This document shows, piece after piece, positions 27,999 to 37,250 of a stretch of 64,000 bases of DNA (position 1 is the stretch's first letter; each line of letters begins with the position of its first letter). The notes beneath the pieces were generated by a model. The model was given only the letters and a program-made list of their open reading frames with translations, was not told where the DNA came from and did not search any database. Source of the DNA: Promethearchaeota archaeon (lineage in GTDB: Archaea > Asgardarchaeota > Lokiarchaeia > Sigyniarchaeales > SOKP01). The stretch is taken from positions 320,001 through 384,000 of the forward strand of contig JAHPZA010000009.1 in NCBI GenBank assembly GCA_019058445.1. Direction: 5' to 3'. Made by a program: the position numbers and the translations under genes.

Positions 27999-29828
27999 TT
28001 AAAAGTAATCTAATGTTTTTTGCTTTCTAAGTCTTATAAAATCTTCAGTACTAAAGTTTTTTATGTTTTTTTCTTCATATTTCTTTAATAATTGTTCTAA
28101 ACTGTAAATATCCTTCTCAGCACTTAATTGAATTATATCATAGAAAGTACTTGTATGGTTTTCAGGAATTCCTATTATTTTTTCGAATAATAAAGGAGAT
28201 ACTAATCTAGTATCATCCATCTTAACCTGTTTAGTTTTATATCGAATACTTGATGGAAGCTCAAAATATAATTTATATGAATCCCACCTAGTTCCAACAA
28301 GAAGGAGCAATGAATTAGGAAGATTTCTATACTTTGAAGTTTTCCTTGCGATAAGATTCTTATGTAATTTATTTCTTTTGAAAAATCCTAAAGAAAACTC
28401 TATTAAAAGATAATCTTTTGATGCCAATAGGTAATAAAAATTACTTAGAAAATTTCTAAGCTCTGGTATCTCTTCAACTAATTTCTTGAATCTAGTTTTC
28501 AAATGTTTTAAAAAGGTATTATTGATGATTATTATTGCATCTATCCGAAAACCTTGTTGTGGATAAAAAATTTCAGTCTCAGTAAAATATATCGGAGTTA
28601 AATTTTGCCCATTAATAATATCAGGTATAAAGAATTTTAATATATCGTGATTAAGGATTCCGATTCGCTGATTGATTATTTGCCGTGAATTTAGATTTAG
28701 ATAACTTACTATATCAGAATATGATTTATTGAATCTTAATATTGAATTTAAAAACCCCCGATAATATTTTTCTACTTCTTCATAAGAGGGAGCTTCATTT
28801 TCATCTAACTCAAAAATTTCAGATAAATCAGGATAAATAATTTCTATAAAATAATTTAATAATCCTTTATACGTCGTTTGCGTGTAAATTACTTCCCAAT
28901 GAGGATCAAATCCTAGATATTTTACAAAATCATTGTAAGTATAATCTAGTCTTTTTAAAGATTTTCTAAATCCCCGAAATTCTGATTTATCTATTTGACC
29001 GCTTTTAGGTATTTCTTTAAGTCCAAAATCGTGCTTTAATCTCAAATTAGGTAAGATTTTTTCATAAAAAAACTTAATATGCTTTTCTAAATCCCAGCCA
29101 ACATAACTATACTTATATTCAATATTAGGTGTAAAACCAGCACCAATGATTATATCATTCAGATTTAAACCCAATGTATTATATGCCCTTTTCCAATAGC
29201 CGGAAAAACCTGCTTTTTCTATATCATCTTCAGAAGGACTTTTGTTAAATATTGGATAAATAACTTCTCGAAAAAAGTCAATGGCTAAACTATTATTGAT
29301 TAACCAATCGTAGCGATGAATTAAAGTTCTATATTTAATATTATGTTTTTTAAAAAATGAAATTTCTGCTTTTGAAAAATTAAATCTTTTGATAAATAGA
29401 TTTGCTTTTTTTACAATATCTCCATAATTTAACTTACGATAATCAAGAGCTCTTATGAATTTATTATTTATTATTCGCATGACCTCTCTCATAGGAGCCT
29501 CATCAGGTAATAAAGAGTATTGTTTCTGAACTAATTTAGTTAATATTTTATCTTTTAAGTATCTGGAAGCGTTAAGTATTGCATCTTTATAATATCTTGG
29601 ATATCCATTTTCATTCCAATCTAAAAAACTCCAATTTTGGCGCTTAACAACAATATGTTCTTTGCTCATAAAATCTTTCAAATGCCCATTTTTTATAAGA
29701 TCTTCAATATCAGAATTATTAAGCTCCTCGGTTTTCTCATATTTCTGTTTCTTTATAGAACAAAATCCAAAGTTCTCACATTCTAACTCTTCTTTAATGG
29801 ATTTTTCTTTTTCGTACTCTTTAGACAT
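27999..29828 (-). CDS. Hypothetical protein with four 50-60-aa helical repeats and a C-terminal PD-(D/E)xK-like domain
   Basis: Repeats with [FY][FL]xxxI[LY]P...P...F/YxG[FY]...[YL][NSG]D[IF][VI]; C-terminal GILNH..E..RIDA..IEFS..KxxKY. The nuclease call is inference. Confidence 0.6.
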   Translation of the reverse strand: MSKEYEKEKSIKEELECENFGFCSIKKQKYEKTEELNNSDIEDLIKNGHLKDFMSKEHIVVKRQNWSFLDWNENGYPRYYKDAILNASRYLKDKILTKLVQKQYSLLPDEAPMREVMRIINNKFIRALDYRKLNYGDIVKKANLFIKRFNFSKAEISFFKKHNIKYRTLIHRYDWLINNSLAIDFFREVIYPIFNKSPSEDDIEKAGFSGYWKRAYNTLGLNLNDIIIGAGFTPNIEYKYSYVGWDLEKHIKFFYEKILPNLRLKHDFGLKEIPKSGQIDKSEFRGFRKSLKRLDYTYNDFVKYLGFDPHWEVIYTQTTYKGLLNYFIEIIYPDLSEIFELDENEAPSYEEVEKYYRGFLNSILRFNKSYSDIVSYLNLNSRQIINQRIGILNHDILKFFIPDIINGQNLTPIYFTETEIFYPQQGFRIDAIIIINNTFLKHLKTRFKKLVEEIPELRNFLSNFYYLLASKDYLLIEFSLGFFKRNKLHKNLIARKTSKYRNLPNSLLLLVGTRWDSYKLYFELPSSIRYKTKQVKMDDTRLVSPLLFEKIIGIPENHTSTFYDIIQLSAEKDIYSLEQLLKKYEEKNIKNFSTEDFIRLRKQKTLDYF

Positions 29829-30018
29829 GTTTTTATCACATCACTTTGTTATCTTGATCTTAAATAGATTAGAACGTAATATTTTAACATTTTTTTAAAA
29901 CTATTCAAATACCGAAACGAATATATAATTCTTTTTCATCATATTTAAATCTTTGATTTTTGACAGAATTTAGAAATGGATAAAAAATTATATATAAAAT
30001 AGATTTTATTAAACTACA

Positions 30019-30144
30019 ATGGGCATGAATAGAAAAGAAATCGTTGAGGAAATTAGAATTGTACTGAATCAAAATGAAGATCTAAAGGACGTTAAATTTA
30101 AACCGCATTATAAAAGTAAATTTTTGACCTCATCCATGATATAG
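30019..30144 (+). CDS. Possible 41-aa peptide or gene remnant (not in ORF track)
   Basis: Manual translation MGMNRKEIVEEIRIVLNQNEDLKDVKFKPHYKSKFLTSSMI; no recognisable motif. Confidence 0.3.
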   Translation: MGMNRKEIVEEIRIVLNQNEDLKDVKFKPHYKSKFLTSSMI

Positions 30145-30306
30145 TAATCCTATATTTTCTATTCAAGCTTATAATATACTTAATATTTATTTCTTTATTA
30201 TTTAATTTGATAGATGTAAGACAAAAATTTCTATTAAATTGGTGAAAATAAAATATCAAAAAGAAAATCAGAAATAAATTCTTTTAATTTTAAAATTATT
30301 TGCCTA

Positions 30307-31254
30307 TTGATTTGTATTGTGAGTCTTATTATTAGTTTTATAAGTTTATATATAATTCAGGGCTTACTAGGAATAATTTTGTTTTGTATATTTTTTAACA
30401 TGTTATTAATTTTTATATATATCAATTCACGTATCATATTCCAATTTAACACCAGTTTAATAGGTGTATCATTATTTTTGATTGGACTTGCCTTTGCAAT
30501 ATCAACATTAGTTTTTAATCCATTTAACATCTTAGGAACATTATTGTTTGCTATTATTTATATGGTAATGATCGTAGTTGGAATATTATTTATTAAAGAT
30601 GGAATAAAATTCAAACAAAAAGATAAAAAATGTAATCAACTAGTTATAGAAAAAATAATTCACAAAAATAAGATGGATAAAGAAGAAGTTCAGGTTTTAG
30701 AAAATTTAGAAAGAATTCTTGGAAGGAAAATTGCGCGATTAAATAACATTAATTATGATACAATTGGAGTTCAAATTGTTGAAAATAAAATCGTAGGATT
30801 GGCCTTGTATAAATGCGAGCTAAATTATTTACCAGATTACATAGGTGAACTTAAATCACTCCAAGTATTAGGTTTGAGTTCTAATCAATTAAAAGAACTC
30901 CCTGAATCTATAGGCAGATTAAACTCTCTGAAAATATTAGATTTAGATAATAATCAGTTAAAAAAACTCCCTGAATCCATTGGTCAATTATCATCTCTAG
31001 AGGGATTATTAAGTCTAAGAAATAATCAATTAACTAAACTTCCAGAGTCCATTGGAAAATTAAAATCTCTTAAAGAATTTAATTTAAGTAAAAATAAATT
31101 AACAACTTTACCTGATGCTTTTAAAGCACTTGAATCACTTGAAATTTTAGATATACGATTTAATCCGTTATCTAAGTCAAAAAATCAAGATGATAGGACC
31201 AAAATAATATTAAAATATTTGAAAAAGCATGGTGTTAAAATTTATAAATCTTAG
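30307..31254 (+). CDS. Membrane-anchored leucine-rich-repeat protein (3-4 N-terminal TM helices; frame open upstream to ATT 30238)
   Basis: Hydrophobic N-terminus followed by about five LxxLPESIGxLxxLxxLxLxxNQL repeats. Confidence 0.85.
   Translation: MICIVSLIISFISLYIIQGLLGIILFCIFFNMLLIFIYINSRIIFQFNTSLIGVSLFLIGLAFAISTLVFNPFNILGTLLFAIIYMVMIVVGILFIKDGIKFKQKDKKCNQLVIEKIIHKNKMDKEEVQVLENLERILGRKIARLNNINYDTIGVQIVENKIVGLALYKCELNYLPDYIGELKSLQVLGLSSNQLKELPESIGRLNSLKILDLDNNQLKKLPESIGQLSSLEGLLSLRNNQLTKLPESIGKLKSLKEFNLSKNKLTTLPDAFKALESLEILDIRFNPLSKSKNQDDRTKIILKYLKKHGVKIYKS
30810..31170 (+). repeat. 69/72-bp LRR-coding tandem repeats
   Basis: Related AATCA(A/G)TTA...CC(T/A)GA(A/G)TC(T/C)AT(A/T)GG units start at 30883, 30952 and 31024. 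Confidence 0.8.
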
Positions 31255-31301
31255 TTCTTCTTAAGGAAATTATTATTATAAATAAAAGATTTAAATTCTA
31301 C

Positions 31302-31547
31302 TTGGAAAAAGGATTATCAATAGTCTCAATCATTATTGGTGCATGTTTTGTTATATATTTCTGGATTCTAATTGGTTTAACACTGTTTTGGATTAGTTTT
31401 TCAAATTATTATATCAATTGGAATATATTTATCCCAATCTTAATTATCTTGTTCTTAGGAATAATCGCAATCATTATTGGAATAAAAGGATTAAGAAACA
31501 AATTATATAAAGAAAAGATAACTCAAATTCGGTTTTACTTCTTTTAA
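31302..31547 (+). CDS. Small two-TM membrane protein
   Basis: Two hydrophobic helices and a basic tail; TTG start; stop overlaps the korA stop. Confidence 0.55.
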   Translation: MEKGLSIVSIIIGACFVIYFWILIGLTLFWISFSNYYINWNIFIPILIILFLGIIAIIIGIKGLRNKLYKEKITQIRFYFF

Positions 31548-33259
31548 TCACCCTCAACAATTTTTTTTAATTTTTGGTGTAATTCTTCTACTGAAAACAC
31601 ATAACCACTGTACTTTAATATGTTTATATCGATCTTTACATGAGTCTCTAACTCTACTAACTTGGCAAATTGCCCTGTAGGATTGTTTTCGATTGCGATA
31701 ATCTTTTTCGCTTTATTCACATGGTCAATAATACTTGAATGTAAAGGATAGACTTGCTTAAAATGCAAAAATGCGATATCTTCTCGGTTCAGAGTTTCGA
31801 GTGCTTCTTTAATTAAATAGTAGTTGCTTCCCCATCCTATGATTAAAAATTCATAATCATCATTTCCAATGAGTTCAGGTGGTGTAGCTATCTTTTTGAT
31901 GAGTTCAAGTTTCTTATACCGTTTTTCAACTGTTTTTTTCCTAATGGTTGGATCTTCTGTAATATTTCCTTCTTCTGTATGAGTATGACTATCCGCATCT
32001 ACTAGTCCAGTTCCGTATCCTGGAACACTAAGAGGAGAAATGCCACTTTCAGTGAATCGATATCTTTCATAATTCTCATCATTTTGTACGAAATATTTTT
32101 TAATTTCTAATTTTTCATGCTCTAAAGAAGATATGTTGTAATATGAATCAATGAGATATTGGTCAGATAAGATAAAAACGGGTACTTGATATTTTTGTGT
32201 TAAATTAAACGCATTTTGAGTTAGTTTAAACGCATCTTCGATTGTTCCTGGAGCGAATATAATTCTTGGGAAATATCCCGCTCCAGCATAAAGAACTAGT
32301 TCAAGATCTTCCTGCGCAGTACGAGTGGGCATACCGGTCGCAGGTCCAGGTCTCTGACCAACAAGTATTACAATAGGTAGTTCCATCATACCTGCTAAAC
32401 TTACTCCTTCACACATTAGAGAAAAACCACCTCCAGAGGTAGAAACAAAAGAACGCGCCCCTGTATATGAAGCACCTATAGCTTTATTTATTACACTAAT
32501 CTCATCTTCAGACTGATCAACTATAATAGAGAAATCAAGACCATGTTGAGCAAGAAAAGTTCCAACACCAGTAGAGGGAGCCATTGGATAAAATGTAACA
32601 TAATTGGCACCTCCAGCTATAGCTCCCAGGGCCACTGCTTCTCTTCCATCTAACAAATAATCATTAATTACATCAAAATTTCTTTTCAACATGAATTCTC
32701 TCTTTATTTTGCTATTTCTTATTAAATTCGCAGCAATTTCGAATCCTTTATCAGCAGCTTTAATATTCTCATCTATAAGAGCTTTTCCTTTACTTTTAAA
32801 AGTTTCAGAAAGAGCTGTGTGAAGTGTATTTTCATTTACATTTAAAAGACCACATATAACACCAAGAGCAATTATATTAGCAAAAATTTTACCTCCAATT
32901 TCCTTTGCAAGTTGCTCAAAAGGAATTTCAATCCTCTCGCAATCATTTTCAGAGCTCGTTTGAATAAATTGCTTTTCCCCGAGGACTAAAGTTTGTTGAG
33001 AAATTCTTTCCTTTATATGAGGTATTGCCTCTTCGTTAAGAGGAATTAATATGTCAATTCGTTCTATATAAGCCCGAACTGGATTGGAAGAGACACGTAT
33101 CGATGTGGAATTAACCCCACCTCGAACTCTTGACATATATTCTCTCGTTGCAAATACATTAAATCCAGATTTTTTTAATGTTCTTGTAAGTAAGCTTTCA
33201 ACTGTTTGAATTCCTTGACCCGCAGCTCCACATAATACTATAGAAAAATCATTCTCCAA
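31544..33259 (-). CDS. korA: 2-oxoacid:ferredoxin oxidoreductase alpha subunit (fused gamma-alpha)
   Basis: GAAGQG, EYMSRVRGG, YPMAPST, QSEDEI, TSGGGFSLM.EG, QRPGPATGMPT. Confidence 0.92.
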   Translation of the reverse strand: MENDFSIVLCGAAGQGIQTVESLLTRTLKKSGFNVFATREYMSRVRGGVNSTSIRVSSNPVRAYIERIDILIPLNEEAIPHIKERISQQTLVLGEKQFIQTSSENDCERIEIPFEQLAKEIGGKIFANIIALGVICGLLNVNENTLHTALSETFKSKGKALIDENIKAADKGFEIAANLIRNSKIKREFMLKRNFDVINDYLLDGREAVALGAIAGGANYVTFYPMAPSTGVGTFLAQHGLDFSIIVDQSEDEISVINKAIGASYTGARSFVSTSGGGFSLMCEGVSLAGMMELPIVILVGQRPGPATGMPTRTAQEDLELVLYAGAGYFPRIIFAPGTIEDAFKLTQNAFNLTQKYQVPVFILSDQYLIDSYYNISSLEHEKLEIKKYFVQNDENYERYRFTESGISPLSVPGYGTGLVDADSHTHTEEGNITEDPTIRKKTVEKRYKKLELIKKIATPPELIGNDDYEFLIIGWGSNYYLIKEALETLNREDIAFLHFKQVYPLHSSIIDHVNKAKKIIAIENNPTGQFAKLVELETHVKIDINILKYSGYVFSVEELHQKLKKIVEGD

Positions 33260-33496
33260 AATAATTTCCTCCTTTTTTGAGTTTGATATGACAACAGTTA
33301 TTTAAATGATTCAAAACATTGTATTTTTGACAAAACTACTTTTTATTTAAGTTGGGATAGATAGTATTAAAAAGACTTTGTTAATGAATTATAAATCTGC
33401 AATTATAGAAACTAATAAATTATAGAATATTAGAATAAGTTTTATTAAGAAATACAGAAATTTTATATTTAATTTCGAAGCAAGGTGGCGTAAAAA

Positions 33497-34621
33497 ATTC
33501 GCTTACTCGAATATGAAAGTAAGGAAGTATTTTCTCAATTTGGTCTTCCGCTTGCGAAAAATAATGTGATCAATAATAAGGAAGATATTGAAGAAAAAGT
33601 AGATATATTTCAATTTCCAGCAATAATTAAATCACAAATTGCGATCGGAAGTAGAAAAAAAGCTGGGTTAATTAAAATTGCGCAGAATAACACCGAAGCA
33701 AAAGCTCTATGTGAAGAATTCTTTAGGAAAGAGGTTGGAGGCTTTCGAGTAGAAGCTATTCTTATTGAGGAATTGGTTACAATTCAACATGAATACTACT
33801 GCTCAATCGCCTTAGATGCTTCCAGTAGGCAGTTCTTTTTAATTGCGAGTAAAGAAGGAGGAATTGATATTGAAGAAGTGGCGACAACCCATCCCGAGGC
33901 TATAATTAAAGAAAATTTTTCATTGAAACAAGGTTTAACCAAAGAAATTGCTAAAAAGGTCGCAGAACAATTAGATATCACAAATAAACTTTTAAATTCT
34001 GCTATAGATATTTTTTTAAAGTTATGGGAAATTACATTTAAGACAGAAGCGCAATTAGTTGAAATTAATCCTTTAGTTTTGACCCCTTCAGGGTTATTAG
34101 CCGTAGATGGAAAGATGATTTTAGATGATGATGCAGCTTTTCGCCAACCATTAATTCAAGAATTAGAACCAAAAAAACTCTCTAATTTGGAGAAAGTAGC
34201 TAAAGAGGCAGGTTTTTCATTTGTAGAATTAGAGGGGGATATTGGAATCTTAGCAAATGGGGCTGGGTTAACTATGGCGCTTTTAGATGTATTATCTCAG
34301 CTCGGATTAAAACCCGCAAATTTTTTAGATGTTGGTGGGGGTGCCAGTAAAGAACGTGTGTATAAAGCCCTTGAGTTAATATTTAAACTGACTCCTAAAT
34401 GTGTTTTAATTAATATTTTTGGTGGAATAACCCGCTGTGATATTGTTGCAGAGGCTGTTATTCAAGCTCTAAAAGACTTCTCAAATGCTCCCCCTATAGT
34501 TATCAGATTAACGGGGACAAATGAAAAAGAGGGAATTGATTTACTTAAACGTGAGAATATTAATGCATTCAATGACGTAATGGAAGCAGTCAAAAAAGTG
34601 AAGGAGGTACTAGGTGGCTAA
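33497..34621 (+). CDS. sucC: Succinyl-CoA synthetase beta subunit; N-terminus extended to a probable ATT start at 33497
   Basis: EGGIDIEE, EINPL, NGAGLTM, PANFLDVGGG, NIFGGITRCD, RLTGTN. The frame upstream of GTG 33566 reads (I)RLLEYESKEVFSQFGLP, matching the conserved SucC N-terminus. Confidence 0.93.
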   Translation: MRLLEYESKEVFSQFGLPLAKNNVINNKEDIEEKVDIFQFPAIIKSQIAIGSRKKAGLIKIAQNNTEAKALCEEFFRKEVGGFRVEAILIEELVTIQHEYYCSIALDASSRQFFLIASKEGGIDIEEVATTHPEAIIKENFSLKQGLTKEIAKKVAEQLDITNKLLNSAIDIFLKLWEITFKTEAQLVEINPLVLTPSGLLAVDGKMILDDDAAFRQPLIQELEPKKLSNLEKVAKEAGFSFVELEGDIGILANGAGLTMALLDVLSQLGLKPANFLDVGGGASKERVYKALELIFKLTPKCVLINIFGGITRCDIVAEAVIQALKDFSNAPPIVIRLTGTNEKEGIDLLKRENINAFNDVMEAVKKVKEVLGG

Positions 34622-35474
34622 AATGTATGTTAGTCAAAATTCAAAAGTGGTTGTTCAAGGAATAACTGGAAATCAAGGGGCCTTTCATACCAAATTAATG
34701 TTAGAGTATGGAACTAATATTGTTGCGGGAGTTACACCAAAAAAGGGAGGGCAAGAGGTACATGGTGTACCTGTTTTTAATTCCGTTAAAGAAGCAGTCT
34801 CAGAAAAAGACTGTGATACAAGTATTATCTTTGTTCCAGCAAAATTTATGTTTGAAGCTGTAAAGGAAAGTATATTAGCAGGTATCGCGATGACTTGTAT
34901 TATTACAGAAAATGTCCCAGTCTTTGATATGTTAAGACTAGTTGAGATGGCTCAAGAAAGAAAACAGCATCTTCTTGGTCCAAATTGTCCAGGAATGATG
35001 ATACCAGACAAAATAAAGCTAGGAATAATGCCAGGAGATATGTGTCATTACGGCAATGTAGCGGTGATTTCAAAAAGTGGTACTCTTTCTTATGAAATTA
35101 CTAAAACAATTGGTAACGCAGGAATTGGAGTTTCGGCTTATATTGGCATTGGAGGAGATCCCATTAGAGGGAAGACAATGATTGAAGCTGTTGAATATTA
35201 TTCTAACGATCCTAACACTAAAAAAATTGTACTTATTGGAGAAATAGGAAGTGATGAGGAAGAAAAGACTGCTGAATTTATAAAAGAGCATGTTTCTAAG
35301 CCCATCATTGCATATATTGCGGGAAAAAGTGCCCCTGAGGGAAAAAGAATGGGTCATGCGGGAGCTATAATTTCTGGAGATTTTGGTACAGCCCAAGGAA
35401 AGATTAAAGCATTAAAAAATGCTGGAGCTTTAATAGCAGATTTACCATGGGAAATCCCTAATCTTTTAAAATAA
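34614..35474 (+). CDS. sucD: Succinyl-CoA synthetase alpha subunit
   Basis: VQGITG..G.FH, GPNCPG, SKSGTL, GIGGDP, IGEIG, RMGHAGAI (phospho-His). Confidence 0.96.
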   Translation: MAKMYVSQNSKVVVQGITGNQGAFHTKLMLEYGTNIVAGVTPKKGGQEVHGVPVFNSVKEAVSEKDCDTSIIFVPAKFMFEAVKESILAGIAMTCIITENVPVFDMLRLVEMAQERKQHLLGPNCPGMMIPDKIKLGIMPGDMCHYGNVAVISKSGTLSYEITKTIGNAGIGVSAYIGIGGDPIRGKTMIEAVEYYSNDPNTKKIVLIGEIGSDEEEKTAEFIKEHVSKPIIAYIAGKSAPEGKRMGHAGAIISGDFGTAQGKIKALKNAGALIADLPWEIPNLLK

Positions 35475-35494
35475 TCAGAAAAATACTAAGTCTA

Positions 35495-36193
35495 ATGTCA
35501 GAATGGAATGTAAAACTAATTGAAAAGATTGAAAGAACTAAGGATACCAAAAGCTTTCGCTTTGAGCGTCCAGAAAATTTCACATACCTTCCCGGGCAAT
35601 TTACTACTTTTTATATACCGAAAGAAGGAAATGGTGAATTATTTCACCATTTTTCATTTTCTAGTTCTCCAACTGAACCATTTATTGAATTTACAACCCG
35701 TATCCGAGAAAGTGAATACAAACAGAGATTAGATCAACTTTCTCTTGGAACCACAATAAGGATAAGCACTATATTAGGAAAATTTTCATTAACTAAAAAA
35801 ATAAATAAGGTTGTTTTCATCTGTGCTGGAATAGGAATCACAGCGGCTAGGTCAAATATAAAATGGGTAATTGATACTCAAACTAACATTGACATAATAT
35901 TGTTGTACGGTAATAGAGACTTAAATAATATAGCTTTTAAAAATGAATTAGAAGCAATTAAGCAAAATAATTTTAAATTGTTTCATATTCTTTCCCACCC
36001 TACTGAGGATTGGAAAGGATGGAAGGGACGAATTAATGAACATTTTATATTATATAGTGTTCCAGATTGGGAGGAAAGAAGATGGTTTATCTCGGGACCA
36101 CCAGCGATGGTTGACATGGTTGAAAAAATTCTTACAGAAGATATATGTGTTCCTATGGAGATTATAAGAGAAGAATTCTATATAGGTTATTAA
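35495..36193 (+). CDS. FNR-family FAD/NAD(P)-binding oxidoreductase
   Basis: PGQF, HFSFSSSP, AGIGIT, YGNR, GRIN, SGPPAMV, EEF.GY. Confidence 0.85.
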   Translation: MSEWNVKLIEKIERTKDTKSFRFERPENFTYLPGQFTTFYIPKEGNGELFHHFSFSSSPTEPFIEFTTRIRESEYKQRLDQLSLGTTIRISTILGKFSLTKKINKVVFICAGIGITAARSNIKWVIDTQTNIDIILLYGNRDLNNIAFKNELEAIKQNNFKLFHILSHPTEDWKGWKGRINEHFILYSVPDWEERRWFISGPPAMVDMVEKILTEDICVPMEIIREEFYIGY

Positions 36194-36245
36194 AAAAAGG
36201 AAACTAATTATTTCTGTAAAGTGATTTTGAGGATAAAAATGCCAT

Positions 36246-37250
36246 TTAAAGTAATAAATCACACATATCTCTTAGTTCAAAAGGAATCTTTTTTTTACGT
36301 CCATATACTTTCAAAATCCAGTACGCATCAGGACAATATGAGGTAATAAAATTGCCCTCATCTGAAAATTTTTCAAAAAATCCACTTTCCTCTTTAAAAT
36401 CATTCATCCTCTTAAGTGCAATAGTTTCAATAATATCAGTTCTTAATTGATGGCCTACACCACCACCGCAACATGTTTTTGGAACTTTTGTTAATACATT
36501 ATATCCACTCTTTTTGTATAAATCTTCTAATATCTCAACAATTCCGGGAAATTCTCCATTTCTTAGAGGACATGCATGTTGGATAACTAAATTTCCTGAC
36601 TTCTTTTTTTCAGCAGGAGAAAGAAATTCTGTAAAATAGTTAATTTCGAGATCTGACATGCTAAACTCTTTTTTAAAAACCATGTAGCAACTAGGACAAG
36701 CAGTAATTATTCTTTTATATCCATTTTCTTTAAATATAGTTTTATTTTTGTTAACTAATTTATGATATGTATCCATTACTCCATTGCATAAAATAGGATA
36801 TCCGCAGCATATTTCTTTATCCAAAAGAGTAAAGTCTATTTTTTTATGCAATAAATATTTAATGAGATTCTCGGCATATACGGGAGTTTTCACAGCAGTA
36901 AAGCATCCTAAATATAAAAGGGTTTCAGATTCTTTAGGAATACCTTCAGGGAAGTTAACTCTACTCTTATTCATAGTAAATGGTGTTCCAAATGTCTCTA
37001 ATGCGTTAATAGTATCATTTAATCCCTTTATCTTTCCTCCATCCTTTAGAAATCTCTCTTTTAACTGAAATCTTTCTACTGAAGTACCGCAATCATTGCA
37101 ATGTATGCAATTATAGACTCGAAAATAATCATCCTGCTTGAATCTATAATCACTTTCAAGAAGTTTTTTAACTTCTTCATTAGTAATAAAATGGTCGGGA
37201 TCCGCTTCTCGACAAGGACAATAATAATCTTCTTGCTTAAAATCATTCAT
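36246..37250 (-). CDS. CCG-domain (HdrB/HdrD/GlpC-like) Fe-S protein
   Basis: CPC, CIHCNDC, YLGC, ICCG, ACPSC, QHAC, TCCGGG, YCPDA. Confidence 0.8.
   Translation of the reverse strand: MNDFKQEDYYCPCREADPDHFITNEEVKKLLESDYRFKQDDYFRVYNCIHCNDCGTSVERFQLKERFLKDGGKIKGLNDTINALETFGTPFTMNKSRVNFPEGIPKESETLLYLGCFTAVKTPVYAENLIKYLLHKKIDFTLLDKEICCGYPILCNGVMDTYHKLVNKNKTIFKENGYKRIITACPSCYMVFKKEFSMSDLEINYFTEFLSPAEKKKSGNLVIQHACPLRNGEFPGIVEILEDLYKKSGYNVLTKVPKTCCGGGVGHQLRTDIIETIALKRMNDFKEESGFFEKFSDEGNFITSYCPDAYWILKVYGRKKKIPFELRDMCDLLL

Larger units (their letters stand above)
27898..31543. mobile_element. Putative insertion or accessory island separating korA from korB
   Basis: Genes unrelated to the TCA cycle and visibly AT-richer DNA lie between subunits that are normally adjacent. 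No transposase or integrase is present. Confidence 0.45.
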
